The notes beneath the pieces were generated by a model that saw only the letters and a list, made by a program, of their open reading frames with translations, searched no databases and had not been told where the DNA came from. The position numbers and the translations under genes are program-made. This document shows positions 47,203 to 57,115 of a stretch of DNA of 64,000 nt, in pieces. Source of the DNA: Anaerolineales bacterium (GTDB lineage Bacteria; Chloroflexota; Anaerolineae; Anaerolineales; UBA11579). The DNA is taken from positions 31,165-95,164 of the forward strand of contig DATHZS010000073.1 of assembly GCA_035458505.1 (NCBI GenBank). The letters run 5' to 3'. The number at the start of each line of letters is the position of its first letter. Position 1 is the first letter of the stretch.

Positions 47203-48705
47203 TTACCCGAACATCGAGTAATCGAGTTCTTCATCTTTGTGGCGTTCGTCAGCCAGTTCACAGACCCGGCGAAGTTCTTTGAACATGGCTTCGTCAATCA
47301 ATGGCTCTGTGTCTGCTTCAATCACTTCGATAACGCGCTCTCGTACCCGGTCACGATAGGCTTTGCGCCCGCTCATCTCCCAATTTTCGTACCCCTGGCG
47401 ATCGAGCAATTCAGGCTGCCAGATTTCAGTGCGGAAACGATCATACGTATGGTCGTGATCCAGGTAATGACCGCCCGGCCCAACTTCATCGATCACACCC
47501 AGCGCTTTGGATTCTCTCGTCACCGGGATCCCGCGCAAGATGCGTTTTAACATTGAGATGACCTCGTTGGACATCACCATCTGGTCCATCGAGCTGGTTA
47601 GACCCTGTTCCAGATACCCTACATCATGGATCATGTTGCCGCCCACCAAGGCAGAGGTGGCAATGTTCAAGGTTGCTTCCATGGCTGCCTGTTCATCAAA
47701 CATCTTGGCATCGGAACACCCTGCGGTTTCGTACATTGGGAGGCCAAGCCATTTGGTAATCTGGGTATAGGCTGCACTGAGCAAGGCCATCTCAGGTGAA
47801 CCGTAGCAGTACACAGTGGTCAGCATGTCCATGTTGGACATCAACCCACCGATGATCAGCGGGGCACCTGGGCGGCGCAGTTGGCTCAGGACGATCCCGA
47901 ACAGGCTCTCAGTCAGCGCCTGGACTGCCGTTCCAGCCAGCGTGGTTGGGGCGGTTGCGCCTGCCAGGGGGCAGGGAGTGTAGACAAACGGGATGTAGTT
48001 ATCTGTGGCAAAGAGCAGCTTTTGCACCACCTCTTCGGAGTGGCTGAGTGGGGAGACGGGTTCGATATACAGGGAAAAGATTGGACCTTTCTTCCATTCA
48101 TCAGCCCCACCCACCCGGATATGCGCCATTTCAAGCTGGTCCTTCAGGCCATCCAGGTCCACGGCGGTGATGTTGATCGGTTTTGTGGTGCCTTCAAGCA
48201 TGGCGAGGTACTGCCAGCGGTCGTAAGTGCCCACGGCAACATCCTGCACGATCCCCAGGGACATGTGGAAATCAATGTTTGGCATGGCCTGGGCCAGCTT
48301 AGCAAACTTTTTCACATCGTCATACATCGCACGCCGGCGCTGGCTCGTATACGGATCGATGGTAAAGGGAGTATCTGATCCGGCACCGAAGTAGATCGCA
48401 TTCTTATACAGTTCCATCTTGTATTTGCGATCCGGACCGATCACATCCACTTTACGCGGGACGGTCGCACGCGCCTTATCAATCATCCATGGGGGAATTT
48501 TGACCAGAGCGCTGTCTTCTTTCACATCCTCAACAATCGCCCCGCCATCATGCAGAATATCTACGCCTTCTTTTTCATACACTCGGATCCCGGTTTCATA
48601 CAGCACCCGCAACGCCGAGAAATAGATCGCTTCGATCTCGTCCTCAGAGAGTACTTCAAATGTTGGGGTGGCATTGACCAGGTAATTATTTCTCGTAACT
48701 TGCAT
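47203..48705 (-). CDS. MttB-family methyltransferase, non-Pyl, paralog 2
   Basis: SEDEIEAIYFSALRVLYETGI and VGPGGHYLDHDHTYDRFRTEIWQPELLDR. The start is set to ATG 48705 (GGAG 8 nt upstream, giving MQVTRNNY..., parallel to paralog 3's MRTNYRVN). The track ORF starts at GTG 48741. Confidence 0.75.
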   Translation of the reverse strand: MQVTRNNYLVNATPTFEVLSEDEIEAIYFSALRVLYETGIRVYEKEGVDILHDGGAIVEDVKEDSALVKIPPWMIDKARATVPRKVDVIGPDRKYKMELYKNAIYFGAGSDTPFTIDPYTSQRRRAMYDDVKKFAKLAQAMPNIDFHMSLGIVQDVAVGTYDRWQYLAMLEGTTKPINITAVDLDGLKDQLEMAHIRVGGADEWKKGPIFSLYIEPVSPLSHSEEVVQKLLFATDNYIPFVYTPCPLAGATAPTTLAGTAVQALTESLFGIVLSQLRRPGAPLIIGGLMSNMDMLTTVYCYGSPEMALLSAAYTQITKWLGLPMYETAGCSDAKMFDEQAAMEATLNIATSALVGGNMIHDVGYLEQGLTSSMDQMVMSNEVISMLKRILRGIPVTRESKALGVIDEVGPGGHYLDHDHTYDRFRTEIWQPELLDRQGYENWEMSGRKAYRDRVRERVIEVIEADTEPLIDEAMFKELRRVCELADERHKDEELDYSMFG

Positions 48706-48748
48706 AAGGTCATCTCCTATAGCATTTTCAATCACAGTCACCCTGCGG

Positions 48749-49456
48749 CTAGCGCAGGAAGGCTTCCTGGGTTAGTGTGCCACCAGGTGGCACCACCAGG
48801 AACTCGCTGTCTAATTGATCTAAGTTTGCCGCGACTTCGACAAGCCGCCGGACATACTGATCTGAACCAAGGATTTCTTCATACACCATTCCCCATCGCT
48901 CACAATACGCAGCAACCTCTTTCGCACTTGGGCGATAATTGAAAAGGTCAGCTTCCTGATGAGCGATGAAGGCTAATCGTTTGTAATTCTGGTATTGAGT
49001 ATCCATGATCCATTCAGCCTCTTCAGGACCATATTTCTCACTGATCTCATGGTACTCTTTCAACGGGTTGCTGCCGGATTCTAACCAGCCTTTGGTCAGG
49101 TAGTAGGTCCCCGGCTCACTGGTGAACTCCTGCATGTAGCGTGAATAGGAACCCAACAAAATCGCGATGCAATCATCTGTTCTGGGGATCAGCAAAGTAT
49201 GGTTTCTCGCTTTGATCCCGTTTAACCCGTTGCCGCATAACCCATAACCCAACACGATCAGACTCGGAGTATCGATCTCATCGATTCTGCTCTGGACTGT
49301 GAAAGCCAGCTTCGCCGGAACCCGGTGCAAGCCGTAGTCCAGGAAAGTGATCTGAGAAGTCATTTCTTTCGGCAAAAAGTGGTCGATCAACCCCTCAAAC
49401 ACTTTGCACGAGATCACTACTACCGGTAATTTATCGTGAGAAGTCATGGATGGCAT
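48749..49456 (-). CDS. DUF1638 domain protein
   Basis: VVVISCKVFEGLIDHFLP...ITFLDYGLHRVPAKL...LIVLGYGLCGNGL.G......LLIPRTDDCIAILLGS matches the DUF1638 pattern commonly found beside corrinoid methyltransferase genes. The start is ATG 49456 or 49447. Confidence 0.55.
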   Translation of the reverse strand: MPSMTSHDKLPVVVISCKVFEGLIDHFLPKEMTSQITFLDYGLHRVPAKLAFTVQSRIDEIDTPSLIVLGYGLCGNGLNGIKARNHTLLIPRTDDCIAILLGSYSRYMQEFTSEPGTYYLTKGWLESGSNPLKEYHEISEKYGPEEAEWIMDTQYQNYKRLAFIAHQEADLFNYRPSAKEVAAYCERWGMVYEEILGSDQYVRRLVEVAANLDQLDSEFLVVPPGGTLTQEAFLR

Positions 49457-49475
49457 CCAAAATCCCTGGTTTGGT

Positions 49476-50117
49476 TTAGGATTTCCCGAGAAGGGTTCTT
49501 GCCAATTCGGGGCCAGAGACAGCATTGGAGCCATAGCCATCTGCACCGATCCGCTGTGAAAACTCTTCATCCACGGGAGCTCCGCCCACAATCACCTTGA
49601 CTTTATCTCTCAGTCCGGCCTCTTCGATAGCTTTGATCGTATAGCCCATCGCTCGCATGGTGGTTGTCAGCATCGCAGACATCCCCACAATATCGGGTTG
49701 ATGCTCCTTGATCGCCTGGACAAACACTTCAGGGTCGACATTAAAGCCCAGGTCGATTACCTCAAAGCCAGAACCTTCACACATCATCCCCACCAGGTTT
49801 TTACCAATGTCATGCAGGTCGCCTTTTACCGTACCGAGCAAGATGGTGCCTACCCGGTCTGCTCCACTTTCAGCCAATAAGGGGCGCAGGATTTCCTGCC
49901 CGGCATGCATGGCCTCAGCAGACATCAGTACCTCGGGCACAAACATGTCGCCGCGTTTAAACCTGGCGCTTACTTCAGCCATCCCAACAACCAGGCCTTT
50001 ATTCAGGATCTCATTGGCAGAAAGTCCATCCTCCAGGGCTTTTTTGGTCAGTGCTTCGGCTTTTTCGGCATCTCCTTCTAAAACACATGTCGAAAGTTGT
50101 TCAAAAATTTCACTCAT
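49476..50117 (-). CDS. Corrinoid (cobalamin-binding) protein, MtbC/MttC/MtgC-like, copy 1
   Basis: N-terminal helical cap domain and a Rossmann B12-binding domain with DxHxxG (GTVKGDLHDIGKNLVGMMCEGSGFEVIDLG), about 213 aa. Confidence 0.85.
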   Translation of the reverse strand: MSEIFEQLSTCVLEGDAEKAEALTKKALEDGLSANEILNKGLVVGMAEVSARFKRGDMFVPEVLMSAEAMHAGQEILRPLLAESGADRVGTILLGTVKGDLHDIGKNLVGMMCEGSGFEVIDLGFNVDPEVFVQAIKEHQPDIVGMSAMLTTTMRAMGYTIKAIEEAGLRDKVKVIVGGAPVDEEFSQRIGADGYGSNAVSGPELARTLLGKS

Positions 50118-50133
50118 TTTCTTGGTCTCCTCG

Positions 50134-51594
50134 CTATTTATCCTTCACCCGATCTTCTGCCGCTTCCAAGACTTCCCGGATCACTTTCTCGGTCTCAGGT
50201 TTAATCGGAGATGGCTGATGAGTAGACAGAATTTCGTGCACCCGGCTGACGACCCGATCTCGCATGGGTTGTTTGCCCATCATCTCCCATTCTTCATAAT
50301 TTTTTCGGTCACACAGGTTCGGATACCAGAACTCAGTCTTATAATGGTTCCGGGTGTGCTGTTCTCGCAAGTAGTGCCCGTTGGGGCCAACATTGTTGAT
50401 GACCTCAACGGCCAGGGTATCTTCATTGACCTCGATACCGCGTGTAATTCTGCGGGAATAGCCGATCGATTCATCCATCATCGCCAATTGGAATACAGAA
50501 CCGGTCATTCCGCTCTCTGTATAGCCGACATCGTGGGTCAGGTCTCCTCCCGTCAGGGCAGAGAAGAATACAGACAAAGACCCCTCGATCACAGCCTGTT
50601 CATCCAGGCACTTCGAATCTGTGCAGCCACCAGTTTGCCACAGCGGCAGACCAACATAATGTGCCAATTCGGTCAGGCCTGCCATGAATAAAGACAACTC
50701 AGGCGCACCGTAGGACAAGATCATATTGCTCATGTCCATCACAGAGAGCACTCCGCCCATAATATATGGTAGTCCAGGCTGAATGGCCTGAGCGATTGTC
50801 AGCCCCATCCAGGACTCCGCAGCGGCCTGAATAATGATCCCAGCTCCTGTCACTGGGGCAGTTCCACCGGCAATGGGGCAAGGGGTAAAGATGAGTGGGA
50901 CTCGATGCCGAGCTGCAAATACCAGCTTATTCAGCGCATCCTGTGTGCTGACCAGCGGCGAGAGTGGTTCACAGTAGTGGACGTAATTCGGTCGGCGCTC
51001 GAATGCTTCTTGCCCGCCGGCCTCTGCCACAGCAATCTTGTGAATATCCAGCGAATCGTCATAATCGTATGACCAGGCTACGATGGGTTTGCTCGTATTG
51101 GGGAACATACCGGCAAATTCATAAGTCGCGCCAAGTTCGTGGTGGACATCGTTTACCGTACCCAGTGATTCACAAAAATCGATGTTGGGCAAAGCATCCA
51201 CCACCTTTGCCACGGTCGGGACATCGCTTTTTACATAGGGGCGCCGTTCCAGGGTGTCAACGTCAATGAAGTTTGGGCATGTCGGCCCTGGGCCAAAATG
51301 AGCCCGGCCAGGTCCTATATGAATATCGTGTTTCGGATTGCCGTCACGCGAGAATACCGTAAAGCTGCGTGGTGCCATGGACAAAGATTTCTTGACCAGG
51401 TACTGTGGGATTCGAACTCGAATGCCATCGACCCAAGCACCGGCTTTTTTCAGTATTTCTCTCGATTCTTCATGGTGAACATCCAGCCCAGTATATTCCA
51501 GCACATGAAAAACGCCATCTGCCAATTCCTGGAGTTGGTCGTCACTCAACATGCGGAACCTGACACCGGAGTTTACCCGATAGTTGGTTCTCAT
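50134..51594 (-). CDS. MttB-family methyltransferase, non-Pyl, paralog 3
   Basis: SDDQLQELADGVFHVLEYTGL and VGPNGHYLREQHTRNHYKTEFWYPNLCDR. 486 aa, uninterrupted. Confidence 0.75.
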   Translation of the reverse strand: MRTNYRVNSGVRFRMLSDDQLQELADGVFHVLEYTGLDVHHEESREILKKAGAWVDGIRVRIPQYLVKKSLSMAPRSFTVFSRDGNPKHDIHIGPGRAHFGPGPTCPNFIDVDTLERRPYVKSDVPTVAKVVDALPNIDFCESLGTVNDVHHELGATYEFAGMFPNTSKPIVAWSYDYDDSLDIHKIAVAEAGGQEAFERRPNYVHYCEPLSPLVSTQDALNKLVFAARHRVPLIFTPCPIAGGTAPVTGAGIIIQAAAESWMGLTIAQAIQPGLPYIMGGVLSVMDMSNMILSYGAPELSLFMAGLTELAHYVGLPLWQTGGCTDSKCLDEQAVIEGSLSVFFSALTGGDLTHDVGYTESGMTGSVFQLAMMDESIGYSRRITRGIEVNEDTLAVEVINNVGPNGHYLREQHTRNHYKTEFWYPNLCDRKNYEEWEMMGKQPMRDRVVSRVHEILSTHQPSPIKPETEKVIREVLEAAEDRVKDK

Positions 51595-51626
51595 AAACTT
51601 TTATCCTTTCTCGTCCAGTGGTCTAA

Positions 51627-52259
51627 TCAACTAACGAACTTGGTTGCCATTTCAGCAGCGGCTGCAGCATTGGATGCATAGCCATCTGCGCCAATCGTAT
51701 CTGCAAAATCTTTGGTCACCGGTGCACCGCCAACCATGATCTTCACCTTACCCCGTAATCCTGCTTCTTCCAATGCTTTGATCGTGCTCTCCATCGTACG
51801 CATGGTTGTTGTCAGCAAGGCGGACATGCCAACAATATCCGGATTGTGTTCCTTTACGGCCTCAACAAACGCTTCGGGGGCGATGTCTTTACCCAGATCC
51901 ACGACCTCAAAACCTGCGCCTTCGCACATCATTCCCACCAGATTCTTCCCGATATCGTGCAGGTCACCTTTGACAGTGCCGAGGATCACCTTCCCGACCA
52001 TCTTAACTCCGCTTTCCGAAAGGATCGGTTTCAGGATCTCCATAGAAGCGCTCATCGTCTTGGCAGAACGAAGCACTTCAGGCACAAACATATTCCCGGC
52101 TCTGAATTCTGCGCCAACATGATCCATGCCCGGCATTAAGCCCTGATCCAGAACGTCCTTGGCGGAGATCCCTTCCGCCAGCGCTTGCTGGGTCAGGTCT
52201 TTTATGTCATTCAGGTTTCCCTCAATAACACATGACGTCATCTTTGATAAAACGCTCAT
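51627..52259 (-). CDS. Corrinoid (cobalamin-binding) protein, copy 2
   Basis: GTVKGDLHDIGKNLVGMMCEGAGFEVVDLG. It is collinear with copy 1 throughout. Confidence 0.85.
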   Translation of the reverse strand: MSVLSKMTSCVIEGNLNDIKDLTQQALAEGISAKDVLDQGLMPGMDHVGAEFRAGNMFVPEVLRSAKTMSASMEILKPILSESGVKMVGKVILGTVKGDLHDIGKNLVGMMCEGAGFEVVDLGKDIAPEAFVEAVKEHNPDIVGMSALLTTTMRTMESTIKALEEAGLRGKVKIMVGGAPVTKDFADTIGADGYASNAAAAAEMATKFVS

Positions 52260-52280
52260 TTCTTATCTCCTTGTGTTAGT

Positions 52281-52922
52281 TTATACTAAATGCTCTTTAA
52301 TATTTTGCTGAAAGTTTGAAATGTGGGTTCGAATAGCTTTCTCAGCGCGCTGAGAATCACCAGCCTTGATCGCTGACACAATATCCACATGTTCACGGAT
52401 TCCTATCTCAATCAATTTCATCGTCCGCAACCCGTAGTACCAGATGCGTTGGGACATGAAGTAGTATCTCTTGAGGTCAGCTTGCAGATATTGGTTTTGG
52501 CTTGCTTCATAGCTTAAAAAATGAAACCCTCTATCGAGGTCCATCACCTCGTAGGGGGTTTGCAAACTGTTCAGATTTTGTTCGTCTACCATCGCCTCCA
52601 GCTGAGCGATCTGCTCTGGGGTGGCCCTGTTCGCAGCCAAACGTATCACCAATGCTTCCAATTCCATCCGCACTTCGTAAATATGGTTGATGTCCCTGAT
52701 CTCAATTGGCGTGACAAAGATTCCCCGTCGGGGGCTTACCGTTACAAATCGCTCCACCTGCAAGCGCTTGAGTGCTTCCCTGATCGGGGTCCGTCCAAGG
52801 CCAAGGGAATCCATCAGGACAGGTTCCTGGATCAACGAGCCTGGCTCCATCTCCGCCCGGATAATTTTCTCCAAGATCAGTTTATAAGCTCTATCAGCAT
52901 CCGTTAAGCTTGCTGTTTGCAT
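52281..52922 (-). CDS. GntR family transcriptional regulator (FCD subfamily), copy 2
   Basis: Winged HTH region (MEPGSLIQEPVLMDSLGLGRTPIREALKRLQVERFVTV) followed by a helical FCD domain. The start is ATG 52922; the track has a TTG at 52943. Confidence 0.75.
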   Translation of the reverse strand: MQTASLTDADRAYKLILEKIIRAEMEPGSLIQEPVLMDSLGLGRTPIREALKRLQVERFVTVSPRRGIFVTPIEIRDINHIYEVRMELEALVIRLAANRATPEQIAQLEAMVDEQNLNSLQTPYEVMDLDRGFHFLSYEASQNQYLQADLKRYYFMSQRIWYYGLRTMKLIEIGIREHVDIVSAIKAGDSQRAEKAIRTHISNFQQNIKEHLV

Positions 52923-52961
52923 ACTATCTCTGCCTTTTTCCAAAACGGTTTATTTCGATAA

Positions 52962-53834
52962 TCATCCCTCGTCATCAGCTTTTCGTTTTCGATAAGCTTG
53001 AATCCAATTCATTCCAAATTCATCCCTCCCCATGGACAGATCTGAAGCCAAAACAGCTGTGCTGATCTCCCTGACAAGGGGATTGGTGATTGGGCAGGTC
53101 ATTCCGGCATAGATTGCCAGGGCGATGAAGGTTGCATTGATGTATTTCCGGTCGGGCATGCCAAAGGAGATGTTGCTGGCACCCATCGTGATGTTCACCC
53201 CAAATTCTTTGACCACCATTCCAATGGTATCCAGGGCAATCTTACCCGCATTGCTGTCGGCACCCATCGTCAGGGCCAGTGGATCGATGATCACATCTTC
53301 GGGTCCAATTCCGAGTTTACCGGCTCGCTCGATGATCTTCGCGGCGACCTTCAAACGCTGCTCAGCTGTCTCGGGAATACCATCATCATCCATACACAGG
53401 CCAATCACGGCAGCCCCGTATTCTTTTGCCAGAGGGAGAACAGATGACAGTGATTTCTCCTCCCCATTTGTGGAATTGATCAACGCTTTGCCCTCATAAA
53501 TTGAAAGTGCTTCCTTCAAAGCAATCGGATCGGCAGTGTCAATACACAGCGGGATATCTGTCGTCTCCATCACAATCTGCATCACCTGTTTGAGCAGCGC
53601 CGGTTCATCTGCACCGGGAACGCCCGCATTCACGTCCAGCACTTTGGCTCCCGCAGCAACCTGGGAGGTGGCATCTTTTCTGACGATATCGAAATCGCCA
53701 GCCTGAAGTGCTGCCAGCACCAGTTTGCGGCCCGTCGGATTGATCCGCTCTCCGATGATAACTGTGGGGTTTCCCCGTTGAATCTCAACGGTTTGAGATT
53801 TTGATCTCAGAATAGTGGTTAGGTCTTTTGCCAT
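52962..53834 (-). CDS. Methyltetrahydrofolate:corrinoid methyltransferase (pterin-binding, DHPS-like barrel; MtgA/AcsE/MetH-pterin-domain-like)
   Basis: IIGERINPTGRK, VLDVNAG, PLCIDT, LINS and GASNISFG are the pterin-binding-domain hallmarks. Confidence 0.75.
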   Translation of the reverse strand: MAKDLTTILRSKSQTVEIQRGNPTVIIGERINPTGRKLVLAALQAGDFDIVRKDATSQVAAGAKVLDVNAGVPGADEPALLKQVMQIVMETTDIPLCIDTADPIALKEALSIYEGKALINSTNGEEKSLSSVLPLAKEYGAAVIGLCMDDDGIPETAEQRLKVAAKIIERAGKLGIGPEDVIIDPLALTMGADSNAGKIALDTIGMVVKEFGVNITMGASNISFGMPDRKYINATFIALAIYAGMTCPITNPLVREISTAVLASDLSMGRDEFGMNWIQAYRKRKADDEG

Positions 53835-54357
53835 GTTTCTCCTCTTTTTTAATTCAACTATTTCTTTCTTAGGTTTTTACCAGGTCGGTGTCTGGGGCCC
53901 TGACCAAGTAGGCTACAATCAATTACAGAATATTTAAAGGCATGCAGACTGCATACCCTCCTCAAAAGTGATTACACCAGCGCGCGAAACAGGGAAGCAC
54001 GAACACCCTGCCAGATCTGGGGGTTGCCAGATAAGATGCCAGCTGCGACAAATGGAAATTAAAAATCCTTGATACTCCAAACTCTGGCTCCTGAATTACT
54101 TGATCCATTGCACAAATCGCTTGATCAAACCATTCTCTCCGGCATTTTTATTTGAATTTTCCTTAATGGTGAACCGAATGTATTCCTGAACCAAAAAGAA
54201 CTGGTTCAAAATATATTTCTAATATATCAGGAAGCAACACCAGTGTCAACAAGTCAAAACTCAAGCGGAGAGATCAATAAATCGCAATCTATCTGCCGTG
54301 ATTTTTCGTGCATTCACGCGACGTTATTGCAAGTAAAACGAGTACCCGATTGGTTAA

Positions 54358-54366
54358 TGCTATAAT
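54358..54366 (+). promoter_or_regulatory. Candidate extended -10 element (TGcTATAAT) upstream of the MFS gene
   Basis: TGCTATAAT lies about 70 nt upstream of TTG 54436. Confidence 0.3.
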
Positions 54367-54435
54367 TTTCAGCTAATCCCTTTTATTCAGAACAAATCAC
54401 CTCCATGGAAAACAGGCAACCTTGAAGGAGCTTTT

Positions 54436-55761
54436 TTGACATCCGAAAAAATCATTAAAAACTATTTGATAATTGCCGGGCTATATACCCTGTCGGCGTC
54501 TCTGATCTGGGGTGTAAACACCCTGTTTTTAATTGACGCAGGGCTGCAAATCTTTGAAGTATTTCTCGTAAATTCAATATTCACTGCCGCCATGGCATTA
54601 TTTGAGATACCGACCGGCGTTTTGGCTGATACCAGCGGAAGGCGGGTCTCTTTTTTGCTCAGTCTGGTCATCTTAGCATTTGGAACTCTTGGATATGTTG
54701 CTGTGGACTGGGCAAACGGCGGACTGATCTGGTTTGGGATTACTTCAGTGATCCTGGGCTTAGGATTCACCTTTTATTCGGGAGCGGTGGAAGCGTGGCT
54801 CGTAGATGCCCTGGCAGCCACTGATTTTCCCGGAAATCTGGACCGGGTTTTTGCCCGAGGGGGCCTGGTGACAGGTTTCGCCATGCTGGTTGGAACGATT
54901 GGAGGCGGCCTGCTTGGTGAAATTTCCTTAGCGGCCCCATTCTTGTTGCGGGCTGCTTTGCTGTTCGTCCTCTTTGTGATTGCGCTGAGAGGAATGCACG
55001 ATATCGGTTACCAGCCTCGTGCGATCACACTTTCTGATATTCCATCTGAAATTCAGCGGGTGACCAAAAACAGTATCACCTTTGGCTGGAAAAACAAATC
55101 CCTGCGCCTGATTATCGTCGCGGGGTTGATCCAAAGCAGCTTTTTTGCCTGGGCATGGTACGCCTGGCAGCCTTATTTTTTAGAACTCTTAGGGCGCGAA
55201 GCCATCTGGGTAGCCGGAGTGATTGCCGCCCTGATCTCTTTGGCCATCATGGCGGGGAACAGCATTGTAGAATACCTGACCCGTTTTTGCGGGCGCAGGA
55301 CGACCATGCTCTTATGGGCCGCCGCCATCTTTTCGATTGCCATGATCGGGGTTGGGCTCACTAGTTCCTTCTGGGTGGCGATTTTCCTGCTGCTGCTGGC
55401 CATGGTCGCATCAGGGGTTACTACCCCAGTCAGGCAGGCACTCATCCACCGCCTAATCCCTTCCGAACAGCGAGCTACGATTGTGTCGTTTGATTCCATG
55501 GTGGCCAGCGGGGGGTCGATGGTCGGCCAGTCCAGCCTCGGGTATATCGCGCAAGCCAGATCATTTGGGAGCGGGTATTTTTATGGCGGGCTCTTCACAG
55601 GTTTAATTTCCCTGGTATGGCTGCTCTTCCGCGCCCGAAATGATGCGTCTGATTTCTTTGCCGGCCAGCAGGCTGGTGAGGATGCCATCTGCGCGGCTCA
55701 AGGTCTGCCGTCGATATCAGCCGTGGATGCCAATCCAATCAATTCATTGATCTCCGAATAA
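54436..55761 (+). CDS. MFS transporter
   Basis: 12-TM layout with a motif A-like GVLADTSGRRVSFLLS. It uses a TTG start preceded by GAAGGAG. Confidence 0.7.
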   Translation: MTSEKIIKNYLIIAGLYTLSASLIWGVNTLFLIDAGLQIFEVFLVNSIFTAAMALFEIPTGVLADTSGRRVSFLLSLVILAFGTLGYVAVDWANGGLIWFGITSVILGLGFTFYSGAVEAWLVDALAATDFPGNLDRVFARGGLVTGFAMLVGTIGGGLLGEISLAAPFLLRAALLFVLFVIALRGMHDIGYQPRAITLSDIPSEIQRVTKNSITFGWKNKSLRLIIVAGLIQSSFFAWAWYAWQPYFLELLGREAIWVAGVIAALISLAIMAGNSIVEYLTRFCGRRTTMLLWAAAIFSIAMIGVGLTSSFWVAIFLLLLAMVASGVTTPVRQALIHRLIPSEQRATIVSFDSMVASGGSMVGQSSLGYIAQARSFGSGYFYGGLFTGLISLVWLLFRARNDASDFFAGQQAGEDAICAAQGLPSISAVDANPINSLISE

Positions 55762-55814
55762 CCCGGGTAAAACCGTCCATTCTCCAAACCTGAATGGTGA
55801 TAAATCGTTGTTGA

Positions 55815-57056
55815 TCAGAGTGCCTCCAGAGCCTTGTTGAGGTCGCGGATGATATCTTCCACGTTCTCCAACCCCACCGATAACCGGATCAAGCCATCAT
55901 CAATTCCAGCTGATTGACGTTCTTCAGGAGTCATGTGTTCATGGGTGATCGTCGGCGGGTGCATGCAAATCGTCCGGCTGGTGCCAAACGTGACGGCATG
56001 CACGATGAGCTCAAAATGATCCATGACCGCGGCAGCCCCAGACATTCCACCAGGGACAATGAAAGACAACAATCCGCTGCCTGCCTTCATCTGTCGCGCG
56101 GCCAGCTCATGTTGGGGGTGATTGGCCAATCCGGGGTAATTGACATGCTGCACCTTGGGATGTTGATGGAGGAACTCAGCGACCTGCAATGCGTTGCTGC
56201 TGTGCCTTTCCATCCTTAAGGATAGGGTTTCAAGATACTGAAGGGTGAGCCAGGCTTCAAACGGCTGCATAATTGCCCCAATGAATTCGGTCGTATTCCA
56301 TCGGATGTCTTCAACCAGGGCTTCAGGCCCCACCACTGCTCCGCCAAGGACACTCGCATTCCCGCTGAGGAACTTGGTCAGCGACAGCAAAACAATATCT
56401 GCCCCCAGGTCCATCGGGGTCTGTAAAGCTGCAGTTGCTGTCGTATTATCCACCATTAAAGGGACACCGCGGGCATGCGCAATTTCTGCCACCACAGAAA
56501 TATCAGTAACAAATAAGGTAGGGTTGCTGGGAGTTTCCACCCACACAAGCCGGGTTTTGTCATCAATCGCCTGATCCCAGGCCTCAGGTTGAGCCGGATC
56601 AGCCACAAAGCGACTCGTTACCCCACAGCGCTCCGGCAAGATGGCGGCGGCTTGCTTATATCCTTCCCCGAAGATATTCAACGAGGTGACGATGTTATCT
56701 CCTGGCCGGGCGATCGTGGAGATCAGGCTGAAGAGGGCCTGAGAGCCCGATCCAGCTGAAACCGCTCCTTCTCCCCCTTCCAGGGCGGCCAGGCGTTCCT
56801 CCAGGATGCTGACGGTTGGAGTTTTACTGCGGCCGTAAATATAATCCGGAAACTTCTCAAAGTGCTCATAGGGATACGTCATGGACTGGACGATTGGCGG
56901 GACAAAAGCCCGGAACTGGTCCACATTTTTCAATGGGTGAAATCCCGCATGCAGTGCTCTGGTATCAAAGCCCAGGTGTTTATCCCTGGGTTTCGTTTGC
57001 TGCTCCTGGGGGGAATATTTCCATGGGTCGCGCATAAAGAAAGGTTTTTTTTTCAT
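55815..57056 (-). CDS. Cys/Met-metabolism PLP-dependent enzyme (O-acetylhomoserine sulfhydrylase / methionine gamma-lyase family)
   Basis: Family layout, with PLP-lysine region VLLSLTKFLSGN and C-terminal LIRLSVGLENVEDIIRDL. Confidence 0.7.
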   Translation of the reverse strand: MKKKPFFMRDPWKYSPQEQQTKPRDKHLGFDTRALHAGFHPLKNVDQFRAFVPPIVQSMTYPYEHFEKFPDYIYGRSKTPTVSILEERLAALEGGEGAVSAGSGSQALFSLISTIARPGDNIVTSLNIFGEGYKQAAAILPERCGVTSRFVADPAQPEAWDQAIDDKTRLVWVETPSNPTLFVTDISVVAEIAHARGVPLMVDNTTATAALQTPMDLGADIVLLSLTKFLSGNASVLGGAVVGPEALVEDIRWNTTEFIGAIMQPFEAWLTLQYLETLSLRMERHSSNALQVAEFLHQHPKVQHVNYPGLANHPQHELAARQMKAGSGLLSFIVPGGMSGAAAVMDHFELIVHAVTFGTSRTICMHPPTITHEHMTPEERQSAGIDDGLIRLSVGLENVEDIIRDLNKALEAL

Positions 57057-57115
57057 TTTTTCCTCAACTCATCACCGTTAGCTATCTCTACCGGGTTTAT
57101 CCTGCGAAGTCATGT

